Shown here: positions 35,704-49,200 of the stretch, in pieces
Position numbering within the stretch: position 1 is the stretch's first letter
How the letters are laid out: every line of letters begins with the position of its first letter
Source: Fimbriosthenelais zetlandica
Taxonomy: Eukaryota
Direction: 5' to 3'
Assembly (NCBI GenBank): GCA_977030845.1
Contig: OZ365110.1
Coordinates: 53,010,001 to 53,074,000 of the forward strand
Length of the DNA: 64,000 nt
The notes under the pieces: generated by a model
Seen by the model: only the letters and a program-made list of their open reading frames with translations
What the model was told of the DNA's origin: nothing
The model's database searches: none
Translations under genes and position numbers: made by a program

Positions 35704-38700
35704 ACGTCTTAACTGGCCATCACACCATTTTCATCCATCTCATCTCACTATAATCGTCCAGCATTAGTCATCTCAAATATTATTTTACCATATATAATCC
35801 AATGAGAGATTATTTCTTTATAATAAACACTTTGACTTAATTTTGGATATCCTTGTTTAAGTAATAAAATACAGAAGATACGAAATAGAAACATATCTTG
35901 TTTTGTCATATAAGTTATAACAATTTTACAATACTAGTCGAAGCAAATTTACTGTTATTCAATCATTAATTGAAAGGATAGGTCCCATAGTATTTTTTAA
36001 ACGCATGTCAAAGAGCAATTGTTGTTTAATTCAGTATCTATATATGAGCTTTTCTTCACGGAAAAATTCACTAAGAAATCATGGTGCTCAGTTTTATTTC
36101 TAAAAAATGCTTCAATACGATGGCACACGTTCATGCCTGTATAATTATATTGACGTTTCTTTGCACATGACATTCACAATGAGCATACAATTATTGCAAC
36201 ACCCTAAAACCACCTCTAGATACGAACCTTTTTACCGTGCTTAAAACTCACAGACAATATCTGTGTGATGAACTACATGCATGTACACACCAAATCCATG
36301 TTGAACATTCATGTGTTTGTATGACCCTTTTCTTGTCAAAGAGAAGATGGGAAGAAAATGACGGCCCCTTCGTTAAGGTTAAGTCGCCAGAAGACCTCCG
36401 AAAGTGCAACTCCCATACTAAACAAGAGCGACAAAAATATATAACGTAACATCTTAGTTAATATTGTTACTGTTACATGTTCTAATCAATCCTTGCTTCA
36501 TAATACTGCTTTAAATAACACGAGTGAGCCGTTTGGTATACAGCGACTATGTATGTACTGCCGAAAGACGGAACTAATCAAGTGAATACATGAGCATAGA
36601 TCAGTGGACAAATATATCAGCTAAATCAGATCTGAACCAATATATCCTCAAACCAATAGTTTAATAACCTCAGAATAAGATCAAAACGCCTTCCACTCTA
36701 TCACTTCCCTTCATAATACAACCAAGCAAACGAGTGACAATATTTTCGGGCTCAAATCCTGTCACCTATGAATTACCCTGGTCAAATTCGGACTGATGAT
36801 TTTCGTGTACATATTTTTCCAAAAAAATGATGGAAATGGGGGCTTGCATGGATCTGCATATATACATGCATAGGGTTAGAAGAGCGCGGAGCTACACAAA
36901 TATATATAAATTCTAGCATATCCCTCGATATTTTTTTCAATTTTCATTTCATTAGTTAAAATATTTTTCCTCCAACTTCTTGATTCAGCAGCTTCTTTAG
37001 CAGTGACAAGTGACTTTTAACATCACTTTGTGCACCGCTCACAACCAAGTCATTTTATCCATATATGGAGTTGAATCCACACCGAGGAGATTTTTGTATA
37101 AAACCCTTCCTGTCAACTCCCCTCCAATAAACCTTCCTCTTTGAATTAAACACATATAAAAATGTATTTGTTAAATTTCTGAATACAATGTATTCATTTT
37201 TAGTTGAGGAAACGCTTAACCTCGTACTTTCACAAGCATATTTGTTTCATATAAGAACTTATTTTTAGCTCCAATATAAAGTTGTCTTTCAATTTTTCCT
37301 ATTTTCATTTTATCAGACAAGATGATTCTCCTCCTACCACCAGCTTTCTTCTGATTGTTAAAGCTTGAGTCTTACATAACGGACTTTCTTTTACAAAACC
37401 CAATAAGAAGCCCATGAGCAAATTCTTTTTTGTTTTCATGTTTTGTTTCATAAAGTACATGTTGACAATTAAAATTGATCAAATTTCAAATGGGGCAAAG
37501 GGGACATTAATTAGTGTTACCTTTTAAACCGGAATAGCTTGTCACAAAGTACAACATTGCTTCCAAGTTACAACCTTAGTGCAAACTCAACAGGGTTGCT
37601 TCAACTTGAACTTCAGATACCAAATGAGTTCTATGATAAGCAAAGTGACAACTTGATTACTTTAATACGGCAAGAGAAAAATCCCCAGAAATATCGCTAC
37701 CTTTTCTGTGTAATGTACAATTATTTCATTACAAAGTCATCCATGTCAGCAATGCTTCACCCACATACTACTCGCCTACTTTATCAGTCTGATTCCTTGC
37801 ACAAAAAGAAACATTAAAATTTGAAGCTTTGACATCTGATACACTATATTTCAAGCTTTTTTATGAACAATCATCCGTATTGTAGTACCAACGTGTTATC
37901 CTACTCTACTTCTAATCAGTGACATATTTTGTAAGGAATAAATGTAGCACCTCTAAAATATGGGCCCTAGATGATACTTAATTGCCTAACGCGACCATTT
38001 GTCCAATTTTCTTCTGCCGTTTTTCTGAACAAAAATATATAATCCGATCCGACTCCAATACACTAAGTAATATCTCTGCTGAGAAAAGTGAAACATGTTA
38101 CCCCCAACAAATTAAATGGTACGGGACATTATGCAAGCCTTCCATTTGCGGGTTTCTGAATTTCCATGCACGAAATGGCATTTTAAAATTAAAATTGTTA
38201 CTACATGTCCCGGCGGTATTGTAAATAGTATTGATAAATATGGTCCACGTTGCTGACGGCTGGGTCAGAACTGGCCTTATTGGGGGAAGGCAATTTTTCC
38301 CTGAATATTTCCTCGCAGGGTAGAACTATTTCTGCAGCATTCCAAATTATTTTTCCCTAAATTTCAGTGAACTACATGTTTGTGGTGTAAAAACGATAAC
38401 ATAATACGGATAACCGCAATGTGTGAACACAAATAGTGGTTATGTATATGGGATGAAAAGAGAGACATATGCATCATTTAAACAAGTGATGGCGTTGTTG
38501 AAAATGAGGAGTGAAAATATACCGTACATATACAATAATACATGTCTTAAAATTAGCAAGCTAGGCATATATAAATTTATATAATCCGAAAAATAATGAC
38601 TCAACCTTGAAAAGCTCTCGATAGATGAGTACCATAATCATACATGTAAGTTTAGGGCAAGATTTGTTCAATGATACATTATGACAAGCCAGTGAGCAAA

Positions 38701-40297
38701 TAGTAATTAGAATGGCTAGTATTAAAACCCCCAGATTGTAATTGAAATGATTGTCAAATATAAACTTCATGAAATGAATACCACTACGCTAGATAGTTAT
38801 TAATGTCCATAATGGTATTTGATCATAGCAAGTTGACTATAAATCCCTATTAGACCTGGAATAAAACATATCCAAGGTATTTTAATACAAGTGTGTCGGC
38901 CATTTTTGTTCATTAGTTCAATGCATGCCTCTTGACAATTTTCAGGCTAGTGGACCACGAATGTGTGAATCATTTTCCACGTTACAAAACACACTAATCT
39001 CCAGAAACTCCATATAAGGACAATATCAATACAGTCAGATAGTGACACTGAAAAACTTACGGCAGTTTAGTGACTTCACATTTACAACATTAGGCCAAAA
39101 AGATGCGTTTCTGGTCACAATCGGATTCATCTAGGGGGCTTTGACATGTCTATTTATAGGTGTGGCAAAACGTTGACCCCCAAGGAAAGCACAACAGGAC
39201 GTCTTGTAAATTTATGGATTAGGCAGATCTCCAGAAACGCATCTTCTTTTTGAGATTGCATTTTCATTATTTTTACGGTACACTTCACTTCAATGAATGA
39301 CAACAATCTTCATTAAGGGATAAGCATCACCATGGATACATGCACCTATACATACATATACACAGCACGATATGGACTAATAAGCTGGCATTAAATGACA
39401 AAAATCATTCATCACCCACTTTCAGTGTAAGGAGAAATAAATATCTATTCCTTTATGTTCTTTGAAAGTATCACACAAACATTGATTGGATTAATATGAT
39501 ATATCGGCAAAATAATTTCATAATACTGGACATAAGTTTGGGTGAAAAAACTGTTTCAAGCTACAAGATAAAGTGTCGTGGAACTTCCAGTCATGGCACT
39601 ATGGCACGCTGCACGCTGCTTTTTCATAGAAGATAAATTTTCTTGTAATGTTTCAGTTAATTTTTACCCCATGTGAAAAGATCAAATGGCAAGGAATGAA
39701 TTAAATTCTTGCTGCTCATTGCAACTTATACAAATAAAATAAATTAGAATTGATCTCAAATTTCCATATATATTTTTTTAAACACTCCACTCAGCGGAGA
39801 ATATATTTTTTACTCAAAATTATATAATTGAACTAAATAAAATTTAGCACCAAATGCCATGGCTCTTTTTTGTTTTATAAATTGGTCTACCAGCAACCAA
39901 TGACAGAAACTTTCACACCTAAATATAATCGACTGCTTATAACCTCATGTGGTGGTGTTTCTGTGGAATAATGCAAGTGAAAAAATAGCATAAATCTGAT
40001 AAAATAATATAAATTTCTTAAATACTAACCATGGCAAATCACAATTATAGCACACATTCATAACTCATATATAAGATAAGCAATAAGTTATTATTAGGTA
40101 CAAGTCATATACACAAAGCGCCACATGCATTTCCCATGTAGGCCTATAATATATTATGCCCAGGTTTAGGATACACCTTGATAAGCATAAATTCTTCAGA
40201 TGTCCATGGGTACATGTATCTTGAAAAGCACACCCTACTTAATTGAGCTGAATACCCCTATTAATGACAGAAGATTGGTGGGTTAGAAAACTGGTCA

Positions 40298-43200
40298 TCA
40301 GGGTTGGAGTGATGATTTGTGTTGGATGGGTGGACTGTCACATTTGAGGAACTTCCGGCGAGTCCGGCCGCAGAAACCCAGGCAACCACGGTCTGTGTCG
40401 TCACTTCCTCTGCGGACGTTCAGTCGAGTGCTCTTTTCCCGTTGTATGTCCACTAGACATTTTTCATAGTAATCTAGCTCTTTCAGGTACCTGAAATAAG
40501 TGATAAATCCATTCAGTGATTGAAAAATAAAGAAATATGAGTGAAAAATATAAGTTTTATAATATAAGAAAAAACGGCTCAACTGCACATCCAAGATGGC
40601 CGCGAGGCCTCTGTTACTAAGGTCAGGTTTAGGTCTTTAGGGCTTAGGTTAGGGTTAGGTTTATATTTTAGGGGTTAGGTTAGGGTGAAGTTTAGGGTTA
40701 GGCTAAATACTAGTACCTATAAAATGCCAAATTATGCTCTTATTCCCTTAAAATTATTCTGTTGCCAAGGGCCTTGTCTCGCGAGACTTTGTTCCGAAAA
40801 AACTTAATTGAAGAGAGGATTTATTTTTCATACCAAACAGGTGGCCAGCGACGCTTAGCAAGGTAGATTTGGTTCTCTGGCTTGAGTGTCTGAAGCAGTT
40901 TGGAACGATTCTTGTAGACGGTCTGGTAGTTTACTGATAGGTACCAGAGGCACCAGTCGGCAAGCTGATGGGCGTTATGCAACTGTGAAAGACGAAAAAG
41001 GAAAATTATTATGGAGAATAAGTCTTAGGTCAATTACCTTAAGGCCTTTAATTCCCTTCTGTGTATAGATCCGATCTATAGATAATAGATATTTGTCTGA
41101 CCCCCGAACCCCGCTTTTCCGAAAATATATGTCACGGCCCCAATCAAAATCCGGCCCAATTCAAAATTTTGATCCAGTCCGGCCTGGATCAAAATTTTGA
41201 CAGATCCATAACTGATGGCTACGTACCTGAGCAGGCTCTAGCAGCATGATGACGTCATCAAGCAGGTCCTCAGTGGTACTGGTATGGTCAGCTGAGGAGA
41301 GTTCATGTGCCACATGTTGTTCAGTGAGGGCCAGAAGCCGTGGCAGACAAAGCCGGTTAGCCAGCTCTATTAACTCAATACAGTCTACATCCATCTTCTC
41401 CGGGCACATGCCGGTGTAGAGGTAATCCTTCAGAGCTACAAACGTGTCGTGGGTCACACCCGGGAAGTGGATCTGGAACAAAGACGAATCTTGGGTTTTT
41501 GTTTTTTTTAGAATTTTTATAGAGCCTGTTATGGGTGAATATCAGCTCACACTCTTGATTACTCAAGTTTTCGTATGATTTTCAGCTGGGGGCTCTTTCT
41601 ATGTGCATTACTACATTGCCTTCTGTGCAATGGCTATTTCTATGTGCATGTGCTCTAGAACATATGTACACCAACACCCTGAGGAGAGAGGCATTGGAAA
41701 TGCCTTGGACAGCTCGGGGGATTGAACCGCCGACCCTTCGATCATTGGTCAATCACCCTGTATGAGCTGGCGCTCTAACCAACGGACCTAACTCCCCTTC
41801 ATTGCAATCTATATCAGCCTAACTGAATTTTTCGTTGACACTAAATGATTAATCATTTCTACTCACCACTTTAGCTGAACTTTCTCTGAAGTTGTAACTA
41901 AACATGCCTAGCATGACGTCACATCTGGCCGTCAGTAAGGCTTTGTGGGCTGGCACGACCCCGTCATCGACTTGAAAAGTGACATCTGCGAAAACAAAAG
42001 GTGAAAATGATTGTTTGGAGAACCTTTTTAATTCAACAATAATACAAGCACACATATAAACTCCATTGACATAATAGCTTTCGATGATCTTACCTGACAA
42101 AACTGATCTTTTAATCGTGTATTCTCTGAGTCGTTCAAGTCTCTGTTCCAAGAACCGTTCCTGCAAATCCTTGTTCAGATAGCCCTCATTGTTGAGGAGA
42201 TTAGTGATCATCAAAACCAAATCATGGAGACCGAGGAGGAAGGCTGCCCTCCTGATCTCCTGTAAGCAATCGTTGTTCTGTGGTGCTTTACTGGTGTAGA
42301 GAAAAGTAAGGATGTATTCAAATGCTGCTGGTGTGATCTCCTCGTTGAGGGTGACCACTGTCTGGAGAGTGCGCGCTCCCGGATTATACACATCCTCACA
42401 GTACTGGAGCTGGAGCGTCCGGAACGCTGGATGATTCAAAGCCATCTGTGGAAAACATCCAGGATCCCTCTGGACATCCTCGTTATCGCCACTTGACGTC
42501 TCCACCTCCTCAAAATCCAGGAGTTTGGTGGTGTCCGACTGTTTCTCATTGTCCTTCATTACATTGGCGTTGTCCACCTTGCCGGCCCCGTTGGCATTAC
42601 CGTTGACACTGTTTGATCGGTTGAGGCGAGAGGAGGAGGTGGAGTGGGGAAGATCCGTGGGCGGACTAGAAAGGTCTGATAGAAAGAGCTCCTCAAAAAT
42701 GGAGGACGCAGCGATGAGACAGACTTTATGGGCCTGGAAGACAAATTGAGAAATATTATGTTACCAGTCTCTAACAAATGGTACTAGATGTCTATTTTTC
42801 TTTTTTTAGTTAGAATTTCTATAGAGCCTGTTATGGGCGAATAGCAGCTCTAGAACATATGTAGAACAGTGAGGAGGGAGGCATTGGAAATGCCTTGGAC
42901 AGCTCGGGGATTGAACCACCGACCCTTCGATCATTGGTCAATCACCCTGTATGAGCTGGCGCTCTAACCAACTGAGCTAACTCCCCTATAGGCCTACAGT
43001 ATTATATAAGTATAGGCCTACAGTAGAAGTATAGGCCTACAGTAGGCCTAAAAGTGCCAGTAATCTGATCATATTCTGACAAGTATTCTGATCACATATT
43101 TACCTGGATGCAGACACCACGCGCCACAAATATGACATCACAGAAGGCTTGGTTCTGAAGCAATGAGTCAAGGTCATTCTCAAGGTCAGGCTCAGGGACC

Positions 43201-46200
43201 TTGAATGTGGGTGGCTTAGGTTTAGGGGGCAAGAACGGCTCCTGGCACAGCGGCCTGGAGATTCGCTTCAGGTTGCCAAGGATATTCCAAAAATGCTTCT
43301 CCCGCTTGTTGATGAGTGCAACACGGATGACATTGGTGAAGACGTCATCGATACCGTACTGCTCCAACACACTGGTCTCATAGTAGGCAGCGTCTATCTC
43401 CTTGGCAACTGCACGTCCCATCTCCGGCGTGACTATATCAGACTCACGGATCTCCCTTTAAAAGAGGAAAACAAGTTCATGTTACCACAATCTACAGTAC
43501 TAGTTGCGGTATCTTCTTCTGGAAGGTCGCCGGTTCGAACCACGGCCGGGTCATACCAAAGACTGAAAAAATAGGACTAGTGGCTCCCTCGCTTGGCACT
43601 CAGCAACAAGAGGACAGTGCTAGGACTGGTCAGCCTGGTGTCAGTATAATGTGACTGGGTGAGATATCATGTCATGTGCCTGCGACATGATACCTCAGTG
43701 ACGCAGCACTATAAAAGAGCATTGGGCTCACTGTCACAAGTAGGCACCGTCATGATATAACTGAAAAATTGTTGAAAGTGACGTTAACCTCATTCAATCA
43801 CAATCTTCTAACCCATTGGTAACTGGACTGGAGGTATTTGCCTGCATGTAATAAACTAACAATTATAATGTACCTGAAGAAAGGTCCCTTGTCCAGTTTC
43901 TTAAAGTCTTCATCCATGTACATGTACCGGAGGTCTGCTTGACAGCCACAGAGGATGATGGGGACCCCTGGACAGGACCGCTGGATCTCAGGCCACCAGT
44001 GGTTGACAATATTTTGTAGAGTACGAGGACGGACCACCGAGAAGCATGCCAAGACAACGTCAGCCCTGAGAACAAAATAAACAGTCAAAATAACAGATTT
44101 TCATACATATACATGTAGATGGTTCAAATGGGCATTTCGCCAAGAATCAAAATACTTGGAATGGTCCTGTTCCAATGGTAATATATATGTACTTGGGTTA
44201 GCCAAAGCAACTACGTGTATAGGTATCACTACACCTACCGTCCATATGCGAACCTTCTATCTTTGTCATGGTAACCAAAGGTATCCCACAGACGTAATGA
44301 TACGCTTGGCACGTTATCTATAGTTGTCCAAGACTGTAGTAAAACCTGAAATGGAACAAATATATTGAAATATTCAGGCAATCAGGCACTGATGGAAATA
44401 CAAAATGTATAGGCCTATTGCTCTTCTCAGAAAGCAATTTAATGCGTTTGTCACGAAGTCATTACATGTATCGACCCAAAGACATATCTACCTTAGGGCA
44501 GGATGCCAGCATAACTAAAACAGTAGTAGATTCCATCCCTTTCATGTAAAATTAAGAATGAACAAAAAAAGATAATTACGTGTTTGTCCTTTCTGTAGTG
44601 ATCAATTGCCCAGACTGTAGGCACGTGGGTCTGGGTCAGTTGTTGCAGACTATACTCTGTTCCACAGGCACGTGAACAGACCATCCGTGTCTTGCCGACT
44701 CCACTGTCTCCGACCACGACACACTTGACGATGTGAAGGTCCTGCCGGACGGGATCAAGATAGGTAATGTTTTCCATCGCAGCGTGGGGTTGTGATGATT
44801 GCGACGTGGGGCTGCAGCCATAAAGACGCTGCTTCCTGCAAACACAAAATATATCATTCAATTAGGGAGATGCCAAATTATAAAAAAATACCAGAATTAC
44901 TATGCAAAATAATTAGTTCAATGTGCCCCGCGTAAAGACATGGTCATTTAGGGAACTTTCTGCCAAATTCCTTACATTTTCACTGCAGTATTGTTACTAG
45001 TGCATTAAACATATCAGATCACAGTGGCCCAATGATTTGACCACGTCCATCATACTTAAGTAATAACTGCTACAAAAGCAAAGCGGCCACTCAAATACTA
45101 CCTAACCTTTTTTGCTACAAAATTGAGACCCCGCCCCTTCTAAGACCATAACGCAGACCAATGTTTTACCAATCAGGGCATAACGCAATGCTATGCCCCC
45201 ACCGACCCCAACCCCCATTACGCAATTTCGAATGACCTAACACTTTGTTCCTAAACCCCAAAAATTTGCTTGCAAGTTAATCGTTTAAGTCAGTGTAAAT
45301 AGTAAATCACATGGATTAGTAATTTTACTTTCTGCTAAAAAGGATTTGGATAAATATACAAAAAGCCCCCTGGGACCATGACATTATTCTCTGCCAAACT
45401 AACATGTTCTCCGTTGCATCTAAACCACCATTTCCCATTGAGCGCTAAGTGTACATCTTGGTCTCACTCCGCCCATGGCAGGAATGCCATCACTGGTCTA
45501 TTTACATGCACACACATCAGACATTTAGTTCTTCAATTCAAATAAAGCTCAACGACATTTTAAAACATTTTTGAAGGGACTTCTTTTAGAAGAATATATT
45601 CCTTTATAGCTTTTAATCCATGTTCACTCCACAACAACCAAAGTTTGTAACCCTGGAATGTACTTGAACGACCAGTTATTACCCAAAACCCTTTATACCG
45701 CAAGTACAGTACTTCAGATAAATCATGAGATATTATAATAAGGGACCAGTCAGCTTATGTTAGTTACATAGCAGGAACAATAGAGGATGAAAAGAAACAG
45801 AAGCAATTGGATATTTAAAATACCAGCTGTGAGTAGAATCAAGATTGGCATAGATGAGAGGTCAGACCACAAAGTCGGGAACAGGATGCGAGTGGTTTAA
45901 CTGGTAGCTGGGTGAAAGAACAGGTTATAGGGTACAGTAGATATACCCCCTTTACTCTCCTGATTAGGCACACTTAACAAAAGCCACCATAAACCTTGAA
46001 CCGTCAGGCGGCAGGCAAAAAGTTAGATTAAAAGACGTAAAAGTGTTAAAGAACAATGGGAGAGAGGTAGGAAGGGACGAAGGAAGGAAGAAGGAATAAT
46101 GAAAGGAAGGAAGACAGGAAGGATGGGCAGGATGGGAAGGAGGGATCGAGGGAAGGAGGGATCGAGGGAAGGAGGGAAGGAATATGTACATTTGGCCTCA

Positions 46201-49200
46201 CAAATAGATTGAGAAAAATATTCATGAAACAGATATACAATCCTAACAGCGTGGTAGAAAACTGGAGACAAAACTGTACATTGATATACACAATCAGCTA
46301 CATGTGTATATATGTTCACAGATTAATATTCTTACCTTTAGTTTCTAAATATAGCCTAATAGAGTATTCTACCTATCACCACGCCCACCCACGGAAATGT
46401 AGAAGGTCAAACCATATCAGTATTATGTTGACCTCAAATAAGTGGATCGTCTAATCAGACATTACATGGTCATTATCCCTAAGAAAAAACATTCGATTCC
46501 AACTAAACATCTCTTCAGTGGATACTTGTACTTTTTTACTTTCTTTTTCCGCTATCTTTTTATTTCTTAACCTTTCCCTTTACTTTCTTTATCATCTGAA
46601 CAGAGACTGACATATATGACTGTAGGAACATCTGAAAAGGAAAATATATTGAAATACTCAGGCAAATCAAGCGCTGAAGGAAATAAAAAATGTATATTGC
46701 TGTTTTCATAAAGTAATTCAATGCATTTGCCACTAAGTCATTAAATGTATCTACCCAAAGGAATATCTATACCAACGCGTTTAATTGTCGTTTCTGTAGA
46801 CATATATGACAGCATATATGATATAGTATACGATTAATTAATTGATCTATTAATAACTGAATAAAATTATATACATGGACATCATGGTGTATGGGGAGCA
46901 AAGTTATTTTACCTCCCTCATATAAGACTGGAGTTCACCTGTAATAGTGACAATGTTCTTCTTCACAAGACTTACCCACTTTTGTTCCCCATCTTAGTCT
47001 TGGCCTATCGACCTCCACTTGAGATAACAGTATACAAATGATTTATCTTCAGGAAGAATACCAACAACGCTTTTCTTAATCCACTGACTTTTCTTTCCTG
47101 CAACAGGTGTCACTTTTCAATCCAGTCTTAAGTAAATGACTATTGTCAAGCTTTAGACATGAACCAACCTCGCCTTTAACTCCACTGAGACACAGGTTAT
47201 CACGAGTTTTTGTCTTTTTCCTTATGTTTTTAGTATTTTGTCACTTCTCACTCACTGGAGACACATGTTCCTATGTAAGTTCGCGGGACAATCACAGTAC
47301 ATGTGGTGTGGCAGAGGAGGGGGGTAGAAGTGGGAAGGGTGTAGAAGAAGGACACAATGATCTGTACTCACTCACATCTGTATGAGAGGTGGTTTAGAGA
47401 ATAGGAGACACTTACAGTTTTCCCCATGTGTGTGTACGTGAGTGTGTCTGGTATAGGACAATGATATTTGAATCTAAAGAGATGATGAATCACTTTGGAC
47501 ATGGACACATATTCTCACCCACACACCCACAGTCTGGCTCTCCTGTCAGTCTACCGGACTTATCTTAACACTACATATATAATCCATTTATCTTATAATA
47601 TTTTATATCAGGAATTGTGCTCCAAATCACTTCCTTTACTTTCTAAAATTAGACATGCTTGCAAAACCAAATAAAAAGGATAGACAAAATTTAAGAGAAA
47701 ATATCACCCCAATGTAAGAAGTGAAGTGAATATTTTTTCCTATTTTAGTTGGAAATAAATGCATGATGATATCAGCACAATAGGCCAAGTAGTTGATGTA
47801 TATCAAACCCTTTTTTATTGCCAACATGTAGTGTCTGAGTGTTACCAACACTGGATTGTGTGGTTACACCCTGTCCACAGCAGACCTGTCACTTGTTTGT
47901 TGTTGTCAGGCTCATATTTCCTGCCTATCTGCCATTAGTCTGCTACATGAATCTTTCTAGAAACGTGACATTGTCCATGTCAAATTTAATAATTTATAAG
48001 TGAACATCATATACTTCCACCACAATTTTATCTCACTTAACACATCACTATTTTTTCTACACAATGCCCTGCCAGTTAATTCAACTAATAGACTCTACTT
48101 TAAAATAATAATAATAACCAACTAAAAAGTAATTACGTCACACCAATATCGGTTGAAATTCAGGCATTTCGGTATATTTTTTTTTAATTATTTAATACCG
48201 GTAAATGTTTTCTAAAAAAAAATGGTCATCCCTGTTTCCAAGTAAGAGAGGTTTTATCTAAGAGTGGATTTAGTTTTCCTCCCGTCCTGGACTCGCTACA
48301 TGTTGTCCCCCACGTATACAAGACTCCACTCATTTATCTTATATCTTGAAAAGTGCCGCAAGTGTTCTTGTGAATATTGTAATGTACATGTAGGTACATG
48401 GTCTCCCCACCAGAGAAGATGAGTCAATGAAACCGTCAACAATGTATGAAACAATGGTGTTATTTAGAAAGAAATCCAGCACGAAAACACTCCTAGCTTC
48501 ATAAAAACACCAGTAATTTATGAAAATGTGGTGCCTGGATAAAATAGTCAACAGTTCATAATTATAGCGTCATAGAGATTAAATGAAAGACCTACAGTCA
48601 ATAATTATACAATTACAGTGCCCCCCTCCCTCAACCGACCATCCCCTTAAACCGACCACATTTGGCTGGTCCCATTTTCGCTTTTATGTTTAAAATACCC
48701 CCATAAACCAATCACCTCCTTATAGAGACCACTTTTGGACAGCCTCAGAGGAGGCCAGTTTAAGCGGGAGCACTGTATACATGTATATATGTCATAAAAA
48801 TATTAACGAAAAGACCAAAAAATGCAGTCATAAAATAATACTAGGCCTATTATCTTATCTACCGGTATATTAGATATGGGCATGAACAAAAGACTTAAAC
48901 AAATAAATCAGATTTTAATTCGTGGATTCCCCTTATCTATCAGAAACAGGTGGCTTAGTTAATGATTAAATAGCAATTTAACGATAAATACTAAAGCCGT
49001 CCATAGAGAGGCTTTTGATGTTAAACCATTACATTAACCCCGATACTGAGAAGTGCTGATAGACGGATAAGAAACCATTACCTCTTAAGCTACTGCTCCC
49101 ACATTATCATAGTTATATACACCTTAAAATGGAAGGAATGTCATCATTTCAAAAAAAAAAAAAATTAAAATAAAATTAAAGCCCTGACAAATAGGCCTTT

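Noticed and set aside
42900-42986. tRNA-Met(CAT) gene
   Set aside because: No 3' acceptor-stem complement, a ~20-nt insert, and it continues into a shared ~200-bp body with an A-tail found in several copies. It is a SINE head.
45964-46319. Overlapping ORFs 45964-46191, 46023-46319, 46046-46291
   Set aside because: Artefacts of a polypurine low-complexity tract.
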